Shown: piece after piece, positions 38,564 through 50,479 of the stretch
Layout: each line of letters starts with the position of its first letter
Numbering within the stretch: position 1 is the first letter of the stretch
Source: Eledone cirrhosa
Lineage: Eukaryota
NCBI GenBank assembly: GCA_964016885.1
Contig: OZ024752.1
Location: forward strand, 6,138,001-6,202,000
Length of the DNA stretch: 64,000 bases
Direction: 5' to 3'
Translations under genes and position numbers: made by a program
The notes under the pieces: generated by a model
Told to the model about the DNA's origin: nothing
The model's database searches: none
Seen by the model: the letters and a program-made list of their open reading frames with translations, nothing else

Positions 38564-41280
38564 ACAGACACAGCAACAGTGACCACAGTAGTAATAACGG
38601 TAACAATACGAACAACAACAACAACAATAACCACAGTGGTAATAATGGAAATAGTACATGTAGCAACATCAACAAAAACAAGAAACATAATAATAGTAAC
38701 AACCACAATGGTAGAAATAGCAGTAACAACAACAACAATAACGGTGAAGTAAACAACAATACATCTAGCAATCATAACAATAATAATATTAATGCTAAGG
38801 ATAGAAACAACAACAACCACCATGATAACAATAATAGCAACACACACAACTATGACGATAGAAATAACGACAACCCCTTAGAGAAACTATTTTTCAACCC
38901 AGCTGACAAAACATATAAGATGGGTAATATCTATCCTACGAGGTTACCCTTTAATAAAAGAGTTTGCATACCACAACAAATAGATGACGAGACGGAGGCA
39001 CAGTTCACCATAGCTAGAAATAAGATTAGACAAGTAGTAGACAGGTACACTATGAGACAGAGCAGACCAGAGGCCCAACAACTTGGGATAAAACCTGTAG
39101 AAGGCTTGGTTAGCCTCAAGCAGCGCACAAGGGATGGTGAGGTAGTGTGTCTACCCACAGATAAGTCTGGTAGGATGTCAATAGATAGCATGCCGAACTA
39201 CATCGAGGCAATGCAACCCCACATCACCAACACGAGCGAAGTTGCACAACTAACACACGATGGGAGAGAAAAAATCCTCAACGCTCACATGATGATGTGG
39301 ACTGACATCCTAAAGCCAAGCAGACGCACTGCCAACAACTTCCAGGCGTCTAACAATGGCATACCACCCTTGTATGGGCTCCGCAAAGACCACAAGACAG
39401 TCGACGACCCGACAATAGGACCACCAACAAGACCTGTATGCGGAGCTAATATAGCTAGCAACTACAGGATCTCCTACTTCCTCTCAATGGTTATACGCCC
39501 CATAATCAAGATGTCCCCAGATGTATGTGAAAGTACAGAGGACCTCCTCAGCAGAATCAGTGAGTGCAACAAAAACAGGAGCCTATCCAACTGCATAATA
39601 GGCAGCATGGATGTGGTGTCACTGTACCCATCCATTAACATTGATTTTGCTGTGAAAAGATGTGTGGAGATGATCATTGAGAGTGAGGTGGAGTTCTGCG
39701 ACGTCGACACAGACGAACTGGGCCTCCTACTTAGACTTACTTACGACACTGACTACCTAGACAGCCATGACCTTAGATGTTTCTGCCCTAGTAGACCTAT
39801 AAGAGGTAGACCCCCCACCATAACCTCAATGGCTAAAAAGACTCCCATAGGAAGGTGGATTGGGTGGACCAAAGCTATACGGACCCCCCAAAACACTGAT
39901 CAGGTAAGAAAAATGGTCGCACATGCAATAGGGGCTAGTATCAAAACTACCCTAAAGGGCCACATATTTAAGTTCAATGAGAAAATCTACACCCAAAATG
40001 AGGGAGCAGCCATCGGCGTCAGCATAGCTGGCGATGTTGCCAACCTTTTCATGGTATGGTGGGAAAGGAGACTTAAAGATCTCCTTAATGAAAGCTCCAT
40101 AGACCTCATCATGTACTCTCGTTATGTAGACGATATCAATATAGTTATAAGAACACCCCCACTAGAGAGCACTAACAAGTTTGATTTAGAATGTAGCACG
40201 ATGGAAAGCATCCAGCAGATAGCTAATTCCATACACCAGAATATAACTGTAACTATAGACTTCCCTTCCAAACACCCTAACAATAGACTACCTGTATTAG
40301 ACACAGAACTCTGGATTAACACTATAGACGAGAGAGCCCAAATTCTCCACTCACACTATGCTAAACCCATGGCCTCCAAATACCTGATACTCAAAAACTC
40401 AGCAATGTCCAGTAGTGCTAAGTTTAATATTCTGATCGCAGATTTGGTACGAGTGATGAAGAATGTGTCCAGCATGTGCGACCCAACAGAAATGGAAGGA
40501 CACATCCAACACTTCATCAACCGCATGCAGTTCTCTGGCTACAACCAAAGAGACAGAGTCAGAGTATACGAAGGAGCCATGGAAAAGTATAAGACCCTCA
40601 TAGAACTGGACATGAAAGGAATTTGCCCACTATACAGGAGCAAATCATGGAATAGCTTAGATAGGGCTAGACATAAGATAGGGAAGGCCACATCATGGTA
40701 CGACAACCAGAGATATCAGAGTGTCATGTTTGTGGACGCCACCCCTGGAGGGAAATTAGCTAACCAGTGTAGAAAGGCCCTGAGAAAGACCCACTTAAAA
40801 ATAAAGGTGGTAGAAAAGCCAGGAACCACCATAAAATCCCTGATCAGCAAAACCTACCCTTTTAAGAAAACCCACTGTACCAATAGGAAATGTATCATAT
40901 GTAAGGTGAACCCCCGGATAAACTGTAAAACTAGAAACGTAGTCTATAGCATAAGATGTACAGAGGGTACTTGCAGAAACACGACAACAACATACATAGG
41001 TGAGACAGCTCGTAGCATAGGTGAAAGGATAGACCAACACTGGGGGGAACTAAAAGGACGAAAAAACGGGTCAGTACTATACGAACATGCTAGACAACAT
41101 CATGACGGTAACATAGACAACATAGAAATTAGAATAATATCTAAACATAGGAATGACCCAGCAGATAGGCAAATCAGAGAGGCCAGTGAAATAGAAATTA
41201 GAAGACCAAAGCTAAACAGAAAGAATGAGTGGAACAACAACAACACCCAAACAAACAACACTGACCTAAGAGAAGTATAA
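38563..41280 (+). CDS. PLE polyprotein: reverse transcriptase + C-terminal GIY-YIG endonuclease (5'-partial; first ATG at 38920)
   Basis: TDKSG motif, LYGLRKDHK, RPVC, motif A GSMDVVSLYPSI, motif B EGAAIGVSIAGDVANLFM, motif C RYVDDI, LPVLD; linker CTNRKCIIC; GIY-YIG NVVYSIRC...C...YIGET.R...R..QH...H...H...RQIREA..I...PKLN. Frame is open from the inversion junction at 38563. Confidence 0.95.
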   Translation, partial: HRHSNSDHSSNNGNNTNNNNNNNHSGNNGNSTCSNINKNKKHNNSNNHNGRNSSNNNNNNGEVNNNTSSNHNNNNINAKDRNNNNHHDNNNSNTHNYDDRNNDNPLEKLFFNPADKTYKMGNIYPTRLPFNKRVCIPQQIDDETEAQFTIARNKIRQVVDRYTMRQSRPEAQQLGIKPVEGLVSLKQRTRDGEVVCLPTDKSGRMSIDSMPNYIEAMQPHITNTSEVAQLTHDGREKILNAHMMMWTDILKPSRRTANNFQASNNGIPPLYGLRKDHKTVDDPTIGPPTRPVCGANIASNYRISYFLSMVIRPIIKMSPDVCESTEDLLSRISECNKNRSLSNCIIGSMDVVSLYPSINIDFAVKRCVEMIIESEVEFCDVDTDELGLLLRLTYDTDYLDSHDLRCFCPSRPIRGRPPTITSMAKKTPIGRWIGWTKAIRTPQNTDQVRKMVAHAIGASIKTTLKGHIFKFNEKIYTQNEGAAIGVSIAGDVANLFMVWWERRLKDLLNESSIDLIMYSRYVDDINIVIRTPPLESTNKFDLECSTMESIQQIANSIHQNITVTIDFPSKHPNNRLPVLDTELWINTIDERAQILHSHYAKPMASKYLILKNSAMSSSAKFNILIADLVRVMKNVSSMCDPTEMEGHIQHFINRMQFSGYNQRDRVRVYEGAMEKYKTLIELDMKGICPLYRSKSWNSLDRARHKIGKATSWYDNQRYQSVMFVDATPGGKLANQCRKALRKTHLKIKVVEKPGTTIKSLISKTYPFKKTHCTNRKCIICKVNPRINCKTRNVVYSIRCTEGTCRNTTTTYIGETARSIGERIDQHWGELKGRKNGSVLYEHARQHHDGNIDNIEIRIISKHRNDPADRQIREASEIEIRRPKLNRKNEWNNNNTQTNNTDLREV

Positions 41281-41554
41281 ATAAATAAGTAAATTAAATT
41301 AAATAAAATAAGATAAATAAATACATACACAAGCACATAAACACACACTAGTCACCCAGCAGACACAACACTATACACACTAGTCACACATCACACATAA
41401 CACTATACACACACGCAAACGCATGCGCAAAGAAGACAAAAAAATAAAATAAGATAAACAAACAAGCAAATAAATAAATAAATATATAGACAGACTGAAC
41501 AAAAAAAAAAATGGCGTAGACATACAACACAACAGGAGGAACAATGAATATAAC

Positions 41555-41596
41555 ACCACTGACGATGTTGCAGATGTGCAACGAAAGATTTATGTA
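41555..41596 (+). ncRNA. Hammerhead ribozyme motif in the PLE 3' region (inverted copy 37339-37380, -)
   Basis: CA-CTGACGA-T-GTTGCA-gatg-TGCAAC-GAAA-GATT-TA^TG: intact core and 6-bp stem II; stem I only ~2 bp. Confidence 0.6.
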
Positions 41597-41868
41597 AACT
41601 ATATATATATGTGTTTGTCTATATTGTATCTGTATTATTTTTGACCGCCGGTCAGTCAATGGCAACATTGAGGACCGAGTAAGTTAGATCGCAGATATAT
41701 ATATATAAAAGACAGCGAGAAGCGAAAACCAACCAAACAGTGAGTGTGTTCTGTTATTAATTCTGGCAATATTACGCAAATATGACCCTCCCCAAATATA
41801 ACAATATCTGTTTCGACACACGATTTCATATAAAAAACCTCGCAAAACTATGTATATATATATATATG

Positions 41869-42153
<285 letters not shown>

Positions 42154-42233
42154 CGAGTGTAACGTAATGAAGACTACAAATCGTCCTTTTATTATTATTA
42201 TTTTTATTATATATATATATGTGTGTGCGTTAC

Positions 42234-42264
<31 letters not shown>

Positions 42265-42650
42265 GAAATGACTACTACAGGACTAGAACTGTTTCATCCG
42301 TAAGAAATCATCAATGCATGCCCTACCCTTCCTCTCGGTCTTAAGGCCATTCTTCCGTTTGTGAAGAGCGACTAACATCCGAAATGTCAGTGTCACTCAG
42401 CGTTAAACTAAAAACATACATCGTCATTTATTTTCTCTGTTTTTATAAATTGTTTATATTTTTTACTGTTTTATTATTTCACTGAGATTGCGACCATACT
42501 GGGGCAACGCTTTTTGTCTATTTAAACTAAACATATGAGTGGGGAGGGGGTTATACTAATGCGATATATAGTTGAGTGTGTGTCTGTGTGTGGGGATGCC
42601 TTCGAATAAGGAAGTGCTAGGTGGTAGCAGAATGGCTACCTGCTTTTTCT

Positions 42651-42728
<78 letters not shown>

Positions 42729-42841
42729 AGAAATACCAATGAAGGCTGGAAGATCACTGATAAAGGACTAATTTTATTTATATGTAACCCATGTTCAACC
42801 ACGCACCATTTTTCATACCACGCATTTTTCAACCACGAGCC

Positions 42842-42897
<56 letters not shown>

Positions 42898-42900
<3 letters not shown>

Positions 42901-43193
42901 ATATACTAACAAATGGAAACTATATGTATAAAACCATATTTATTTCATTATACATATTTCAAGGACACCAAGTCAAATTATGGTGCGCTTTCATCAGATA
43001 AAATATAATATAGATCAGTTTTATAAATAAATATTGACATACCCTTAAAGAATGCGACCATTTCTGTTGGGAGTATGGTTTTATAAATATAGTTTCCATT
43101 TCGTATTTTTACTCCAATAATTTGTTGAGGGCTTTATATCAGTTATAAAAATATTTGCTTGTTGTATCCCAACAATTTAAATATAACTTCTAC

Positions 43194-43194
<1 letters not shown>
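42898..43194 (+). mobile_element. Family P2 fold-back element with hammerhead on the inverted arm (42942-43004, -)
   Basis: Homologous ends to 27580-27847; minus strand ATTTTAT-CTGATGA-AAGCGCACCA...TGGTGTCCTT-GAAA-TATGTA-TA^ATGAAAT. Confidence 0.7.
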
Positions 43195-43255
<61 letters not shown>

Positions 43256-43477
43256 GATGTAGTTTATGGAACACCCAAAAATATAATGAAAATTGATAAT
43301 TATAAACCTACTTTCAAAATCAAAGTTAAAAAGCTGTGGTGTCGTTCATGGCTTTCCTAGAGCTATTAGTGATATTTAGGGTCGACTTGTCAATCTTCTG
43401 GCCCTTTGGTAACAACCTTATTATTCCTATGTGTGTTTAACTGTTGAATTAATTTAATTTGATTATTTTAACAAGCA

Positions 43478-43511
<34 letters not shown>

Positions 43512-43517
<6 letters not shown>

Positions 43518-43929
43518 TAAAACATGTCTATAGAATCACCAGATAAAATATATACCGTTTCCTCTCTCATTTATCATAATTAACCATATAAAAAATCAAT
43601 TAGATCAAGCTATAAGAATAAAGGCTCCTATGAAGAAATCTGTATATCTAGTCGATTTATACATGCTGTCGAAATATTCGATAAATACTCAGTGGAAACC
43701 GCCGCGAAGGGGCTGCTTTCGGTTATTTATCGGAGATTTCTTCATAGGAGCCTTTATTCTTATAGCTTGATCTAATTGACTTTTTTATATGGTTAATTAT
43801 GCTAATTGGGAGAGGAAACGGTATATATTTTATCTGGTGATTCTATAGACATGTTTTATGATATATAGCTTTGATTATTTAATTTATTAATTCTTCATTG
43901 AGCCACAAAGTGACCCGTTGCAAAACACA
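43512..43929 (+). mobile_element. (TA)n-flanked fold-back element with ~60-nt tail
   Basis: Arms 43512-43641 / 43734-43864, ~90-nt spacer, tail ends ...GTTGCAAAACACA then (TA)n. Confidence 0.65.
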
Positions 43930-43965
43930 TATATATCTATGACTTTATATATATATATAAACCTT

Positions 43966-44008
<43 letters not shown>

Positions 44009-44186
44009 ATAATAAGGGTTGACGGACCCACCATATTTATCAATGCCAGTACTGGTTGTATCTCAGGACACTCCATGGGCAATGTAAGATACATTACTAG
44101 AGTATACACAAAGTTATTTGCTTCAACACAACACACGTAAAACGGGTGCCTATAAGGTTCCCGGACTCGAGTTTATATATATATAT

Positions 44187-44430
44187 AAAAATTAGAATTG
44201 GAGCTCTGAAATAGCAATATATATATGGTTGTATATATAATGTATTTTGCAATACACTTTATGCTTAATTAAAAGCATTTTGAAGACCGTAAGCTATTGT
44301 TTTAAAGTAGTGACAAATTCACTTACTTTGATCTCAGTGAATGTGTCACTACTTTAAAACAATAGCTTACGGTCTTCAAAATGCTTTTAATTAAGCATAA
44401 AGTGTATTGCAAAATACATTATATATACAT

Positions 44431-44440
<10 letters not shown>
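44187..44440 (-). mobile_element. (TA)n-flanked fold-back element with ~30-nt tail
   Basis: Near-perfect palindrome 44218-44440 (~100-bp arms); unpaired 44187-44217. Confidence 0.65.
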
Positions 44441-44467
<27 letters not shown>

Positions 44468-44471
<4 letters not shown>

Positions 44472-44710
44472 GAGGTTATATTTAATTTGTTGAGATTCAA
44501 CAAGCTTAAAATGTTATAACTGATATAAAGCACCATCCATCGAACCTCAACCGTTAAGGTTGTCTTTATGTGGGTATGTCAATATTTATTTATAAAACAA
44601 ATTTGTATTTTATCTGATGAAAGCGCACCATAATTTGCCTTGGTTGCCCTTGAAATATATATAATAAAATAATTATGGTTTTATAAATATAGTTTCTATT
44701 TATATTGTGT
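44468..44710 (-). mobile_element. Family P2 element, opposite orientation
   Basis: Left part is the reverse complement of the P2 tail (TATATCAGTTATAA...CAACAA...AAATATAAC); right part matches the P2 arm. Confidence 0.65.
44607..44670 (+). ncRNA. Type I hammerhead ribozyme
   Basis: ATTTTAT-CTGATGA-AAGCGCACCA-taatttgcct-TGGTTGCCCTT-GAAA-TATATA-TA^ATAAAAT: 7-bp stem I, long imperfect stem II, palindromic (AT)n stem III. Confidence 0.7.
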
Positions 44711-44732
44711 ATATATATATATATTGTGTGTG

Positions 44733-44765
<33 letters not shown>

Positions 44766-44951
44766 ATAGCTCAAGGAAACCACAAAACAGAAATACAAAG
44801 TCTTATTAGTTTCACGATTTATATGGAAAAGGGGAAGGAAAGTTGGACGTGTTGGGCTTTAGCCCTTCTTCTAAAGTACAAAAAATGGTCAGGATTACAA
44901 AGGATAGATACAGAAAATAAAATATAGTCCGTAGTAAAAGAACGAAAAAAG

Positions 44952-44991
<40 letters not shown>

Positions 44992-45040
44992 CTTTTGGAA
45001 GACCTCTGCCAATAAATACACGCGCACACACACACACACT

Positions 45041-45072
<32 letters not shown>

Positions 45073-45983
45073 TACATACACACTCACACCATCACACACA
45101 CATTCACAGAGACACACACACACACTAAAGAAGTGAACCACAACAAGTTCGCGTGTTTTCATTGGCAGAATGACTTAATCAAAGTACACACATACACACA
45201 CATTTATAGGTGTGTGTGTATGCTTGTGTGTGTGTGTGTATGTGTGTGTGTGTGTGTGTGTGTGTAGAGGGTGTGAGGGAGAGAGAGAGGGGGTAGTAAG
45301 ACCCACCCAACAATGTACAACTTTGTAGCATATCAAGAATTTTGCGAAAGAAATACAAGAACAGCACTCACATACACACACACACACAGACACATACACA
45401 CACACACACACACATACACACAGACACATACACACACAGACACATACACATACAGACACAGACACACACACACACAGACACATACACACAGACACATACA
45501 CACACAGACACATATACACATACAGACACACACATACACACACAGACACATACACACACACACACACAGACACACACAGACACATACACACAGACACATA
45601 CACACACAGACACATACACATACAGACACACACACACACATACATACACAGACATACACAGACACATACACACAGACACATACACACACAGACACATACA
45701 CTCACATACACATACACTCACATACACACACAGACACATACACTCACATACACACACACACAGACACATACATACACAGACACATATACACACAGACACA
45801 TATACACACACAGACACATACCCACACAGACACATATATACACATACACTCTCTCTCACACACATACACTCACACTCACAAACAAGCACACGCACTCACA
45901 AACACACACACTCACGCACACATACACACACACACACACACTCTCTCTCACACACTTACAACACACACACACACACTCACACA

Positions 45984-46046
<63 letters not shown>

Positions 46047-47235
46047 ACACACACACTTACTTACACACACACTCACTTACACACACACACCTAAAATTGC
46101 AGTCACCTGCCAATCTGTGATATTTTCTACTTAACACATGTTTTTAGTTAAACAGACTTTTGGAGCCAACCACCCGACCATCCAACCACCCAGCTAACTA
46201 CCCGACCATCCAACCACCCGACCATCCAACCACCCAGCTAACTACCCATCCATCCAACCACCCGACCATCCAACCACCCAGCTAACCACCCGACCAGCCA
46301 ACCAACCAATCAACCAGCCACTTAACCAACCAGCCACCCACCCACCCCCGCAACCACCCACCCACCCAAACACTTGTTCATTTGCACATATTCGGTAGTA
46401 ATGACACTGATACCAAATACTCACACTGTGTGTGTGCGTGTGTTTCTGTGTGTGTGTGTGTGTGATGTGGTGTGTGTGTGGTGTGTGTTTCTGCGGATGT
46501 ATGTATGTATGATGTTATGTATGTATGATGTATGTATGTATGTATGTATGTATGTATGTATGTATGTATGTATGTATGTATGTATGTATGCATGCATACA
46601 TGCGTATGTGTGTGTATGTACGTACATATATATATACATACATCCATGTGTGGATGTACGGACACACACACATATACATTCATACATACATACATACACA
46701 CACATATGTGTGTGTATGTACATATGTGTATATATGTGAGTGTGTTTACTTTTCCTGGTTGGAGTTTTTTGTTGTTAATGTATTTATAGAATATTTTGCT
46801 CTGTAGTAAGAAAAGATGTTAAAAAGATATAAAAAAGAAAGGATGTGTTGTCTTCGTCAACTTTTGCAAAACCTTTTACATTTTACCGTCTTACAGACAT
46901 TAATTCTTCCAGATATCTTCCAGATATCTTGATCGTCTGCAATGGATGATTTCTTCTATATCTAGGTCAATTGATAAATATCCTGTCTCTCTAATAATTG
47001 TGTGTGTGTAGCAATATCCGTAGAAGGAAAAAGGAAAACTCCTCAATCGGGAAGAGAGCAGACATATTATATCATGTTATTTATGATCATAACACAGAAC
47101 AAAGGCGATACCCAAGATTTTAAGGCCCACATTTGACCGCAACTCCTGAAAACACGAGGCACCAAAATAGTGACCTTTCTTCAGGCACTAATACGAGTTT
47201 ATAAGATACCGTTAAAAAGAATATTTACTTTACTG

Positions 47236-47292
<57 letters not shown>

Positions 47293-47520
47293 AATTTTAG
47301 TACAGTATTAACGAAGCTTTAGTTTGCGGCCAAGCTAACGAATGCAAATTCAGTATGTAGCTTTAGCACTCGATAGGGAATAGTACCCCAGAGTAATAAC
47401 AATACGTTTAGACAGCTTTGCAAATCAAATATAGCGATCGGCAGTCCAGTCGCATTGCCACAGCAACGAAAATGGTTGGACTCAGGAAAAGATTTTATAT
47501 ATATATATATATATATATAT

Positions 47521-47795
47521 AATAGTAGAACACTGGATAGTTATATCCGTAATAGTAGAGCACTCAAGTCCATAGGACGAGTTTGGTAGAAGTAGTTCCA
47601 CAACAGTTAGTTCACCATACCGAGAACAAATGTTTTACCTTATGCAGATCATCAGCTCAGTCTGAATGAAGTTGTACGGAAAAGGAAAAACAACCGTTCC
47701 TTTTCCGTACAACTTCATTTAGACCGAGCTGATGATCCGAATAAGGTAAAACAATTGTTCTTTGTATGGTGAACTAACTGTTGTGGAACTACTTC

Positions 47796-47797
<2 letters not shown>
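47521..47797 (-). mobile_element. (TA)n-flanked fold-back element, older
   Basis: Arms 47587-47687 / 47697-47797 with several mismatches, 9-nt loop, unpaired 47521-47586; GCTGATGATCC...GGT-AAAACAATTG is a decayed hammerhead-like motif. Confidence 0.6.
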
Positions 47798-47826
<29 letters not shown>

Positions 47827-48257
47827 ATCATGTATATATTCAAAATGGCTGACTAAACTGTTCAGTACCTCCTGTAAAATTGTTTCTATGTTCCTTTATT
47901 TTCTTACTTCCGTCTATCTTCTTATTTCTTTTCTTGTCTCTTATTTTCTTTTCCGATGAAGGACTTACATCCGAAATGTTAAGAGCCTTTTCCTAATATA
48001 TCAAGCGTTAACTAATATATAATATAATTGAACCGTTTTGTTCCCCCCTGTTGTTTTTGTACCGTTTTGTTCTCCTGTGTTGTTCTTCCATCTGAGGTTG
48101 ACGATCACCCGCTGAAGAAGTACTGCAGCATCCAATTGTGTAGTGTCTGCAGATATATAACTACTGTGAATAACGGGCAGTTGTAACTGTTATGATCAGA
48201 TTGTAGTACAGAAACTATCGATAGGTTTATATCATATACAGCTATCATTATCCACGT

Positions 48258-48502
48258 CGCCGAGGTTGACTTTGCCTTTCATCCTTACGGGGTCGATAAA
48301 ATAAAGTACCAGTAATGCACTGGGTAATTGCTGGCCTTGTGCCTAAAGTAGAAACAATTATCCACGTATTGCCGTCAATTTTCGTAATAATTGTTTCTAT
48401 TTTTGGTACAAGGTCAGCAATTTACCCCAGTGCATTACTGCTACTTTATTTTATCGACCCTGTAAGGATGAAAGGCAAAGTTAACCTCGGTGGGATTTGA
48501 AC
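48258..48502. mobile_element. Tail-to-tail pair of 5'-truncated SINE family B copies
   Basis: 48258-48361(+) and 48387-48502(-) are mutually complementary. Confidence 0.8.
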
Positions 48503-48751
48503 TTACGTAATAATAACGTATAGTGTGCACTCTGAGTTATGTTTGTATTCTCTTGTATACAAATCTTATGGGGTTTTTCAGACTAAGTTTTCTGTTAAAA
48601 GTATTCAAAAGCTGTCCAGTGCTTTCTGAAAATTAAATGGTATTTGTACTGAGAAACTTAAGATCCAGTAGTCAACGTTGAAATGGATTCAATAAACCCT
48701 TGTTTTAATCGGCCCAATTTAACAGGTTACGGTTTTAACATACCAAATATT

Positions 48752-48968
48752 AATAACGGTTTCTGATTTAGGCACAAGGCCAACAATTTTGGGGAGAGGG
48801 AAGTCTGTTAATTCGACCCCAGTGCGTTACTGGTACTTTATTTTACCGACCCCGTAAGGACGAAAGGCAAAGCTAACCTCAGCAGAATTTGAACTCAGTA
48901 AGTAAAAGGCCGTAACTCTATGCCATGAAGCATGTTGTCCGACGCTCTACCGATACTGCCAATCCACA
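48752..48968 (-). mobile_element. SINE family B, full length
   Basis: Reverse complement of the 59252 copy. Confidence 0.85.
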
Positions 48969-49124
48969 ACCCTTACCAAATAATAATGATACTGTTATCT
49001 GTGGTCTGTATTCAGTTTAAAACAGGTACACTGCCTCTCAACGTATCGTATGTGGACTTTCAAAGGGTTGTTGTCAGGAAGGACATTCGGTTTTAAAACA
49101 TACTTCTAAAATGACACCATTGAG

Positions 49125-49324
49125 CAGCGTTTCTCAACCTTTTTACCCCTGTGGAACCTTTGAAATACTTTTCATATCTCAGGGAATTCCTGCATAAACA
49201 TTATTGTATACCATTATTACTAAAAGTAAAATGCATTAGCTTAATTATCGCTATTCCTCACAGAACCCCTAGGGACTTCTTGCGGAACCCTTGGGTTTTG
49301 GGGAACGTCGGTTAAGAAACACTG
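49125..49324. mobile_element. hAT/Charlie-like MITE, 200 bp
   Basis: TIRs CAGCGTTTCTCAACC / GGTTAAGAAACACTG (13/15), subterminal GGAACCC repeats, 8-bp flanks CCATTGAG / CAACAGAG (5/8). Confidence 0.7.
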
Positions 49325-49830
49325 CAACAGAGTGTATAAAGCCTGCCGTGGAGTCTGCAAGGCTAGATGCTGCTTTAGTAGGGACAGTGGCCTTAAAATA
49401 CTTATTGTTACTGTACAATACTGTGCTAGCACTACGGCCACAACAAAATAAGCCTCAGCTACACTGCCACTAGTTCAAATGACATATTCCTTGTTATAAT
49501 AGAATGTAGAATTCGAAGTTTGAGAGCCACGACAATACAGGTTTGGACGGAGAATAATTAAATGGTAAGAAACAGGGCTTGTTGTTTTACCTTAATTTAT
49601 TCACATGTCCTGATATTTCGAAATTAATATCTCTTCTTCCGGGGAAAATAAAGAAACTATTCCAGAGTCCGATGTGGCTTATTTTACATTGTATATTCGT
49701 ATATATTAAAATAGTGCCTAGCTTATCTTCGATTTAACGGACAGTTGACTCTAACAGATATACTCCTCCTCTATTAGTTCGTTAAATCGAGGGTTTACTG
49801 TAATTACGTTAGTGTTTGTAGTGATTCTAT

Positions 49831-50132
49831 GGCGAAGGCTCGTGGTTTAGAGGTTAATATGTTCGGCTGTCGATCGTAAGGTCGTATGTTCGATTCCCAG
49901 CGGCTGTTTGTGTCTTTGAACAAGACACTTTATTTCATCTTGCTTAGATCAACTCAGCTGGAAAAATGAATTGTACCTATCTATATTTCAAAGAGTCAGC
50001 TTTGTTACACATTGTGTTACTCCAGTTCCTCTTGAGAACTGTCTGTGGAATGCTCAGCCACTTACACGTTAATTTCACAAGCAGGCTGTTCGATTATTCC
50101 ACAACTAGAATGCTCATCATTGGAACCGACTG
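49831..50132 (+). mobile_element. SINE family A, near full length
   Basis: tRNA-like head (GTGGTTTAGAGG...GTTCGATTCC), CORE-like block and family A tail. Confidence 0.85.
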
Positions 50133-50435
50133 AAGCCCAGCCCACACTCTTTAGTTATCTCGTTGTTCTATACATTCTGTGAGAGAAATATAGATATAAA
50201 CCAGATAATGGACTTCGGTGGGTTTTCTTTCTCTTTTTACTTCCATAATTATTTTCACCGATTCTTTTCCTCTTTTTTTTTCTCTCTCTTCCTTAATTAT
50301 TCGTCTGAAAACTTTAATGTACTTATAATTCGTCTTTTATTAGATAAATACACATTCATTAAACAGCATATGTCAACAGCCTATTAACTACTACTACTGC
50401 TACTACTACTACTGCTACTACTACTACTACTACTG

Positions 50436-50479
<44 letters not shown>

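Noticed and set aside
37655-38659. Independent 334-aa GIY-YIG nuclease gene
   Set aside because: It is the inverted copy of the PLE 3' end; the apparent N-terminus is antisense low-complexity sequence.
38920-41848. Selenocysteine recoding/SECIS as reported for some Naiad PLEs
   Set aside because: No in-frame TGA in the visible ORF; it ends in TAA.
49728-49802. Tigger/pogo-like terminus (GTTAAATCGAGGGTTTACTG-TA)
   Set aside because: No convincing matching second TIR found, so no element can be delimited.
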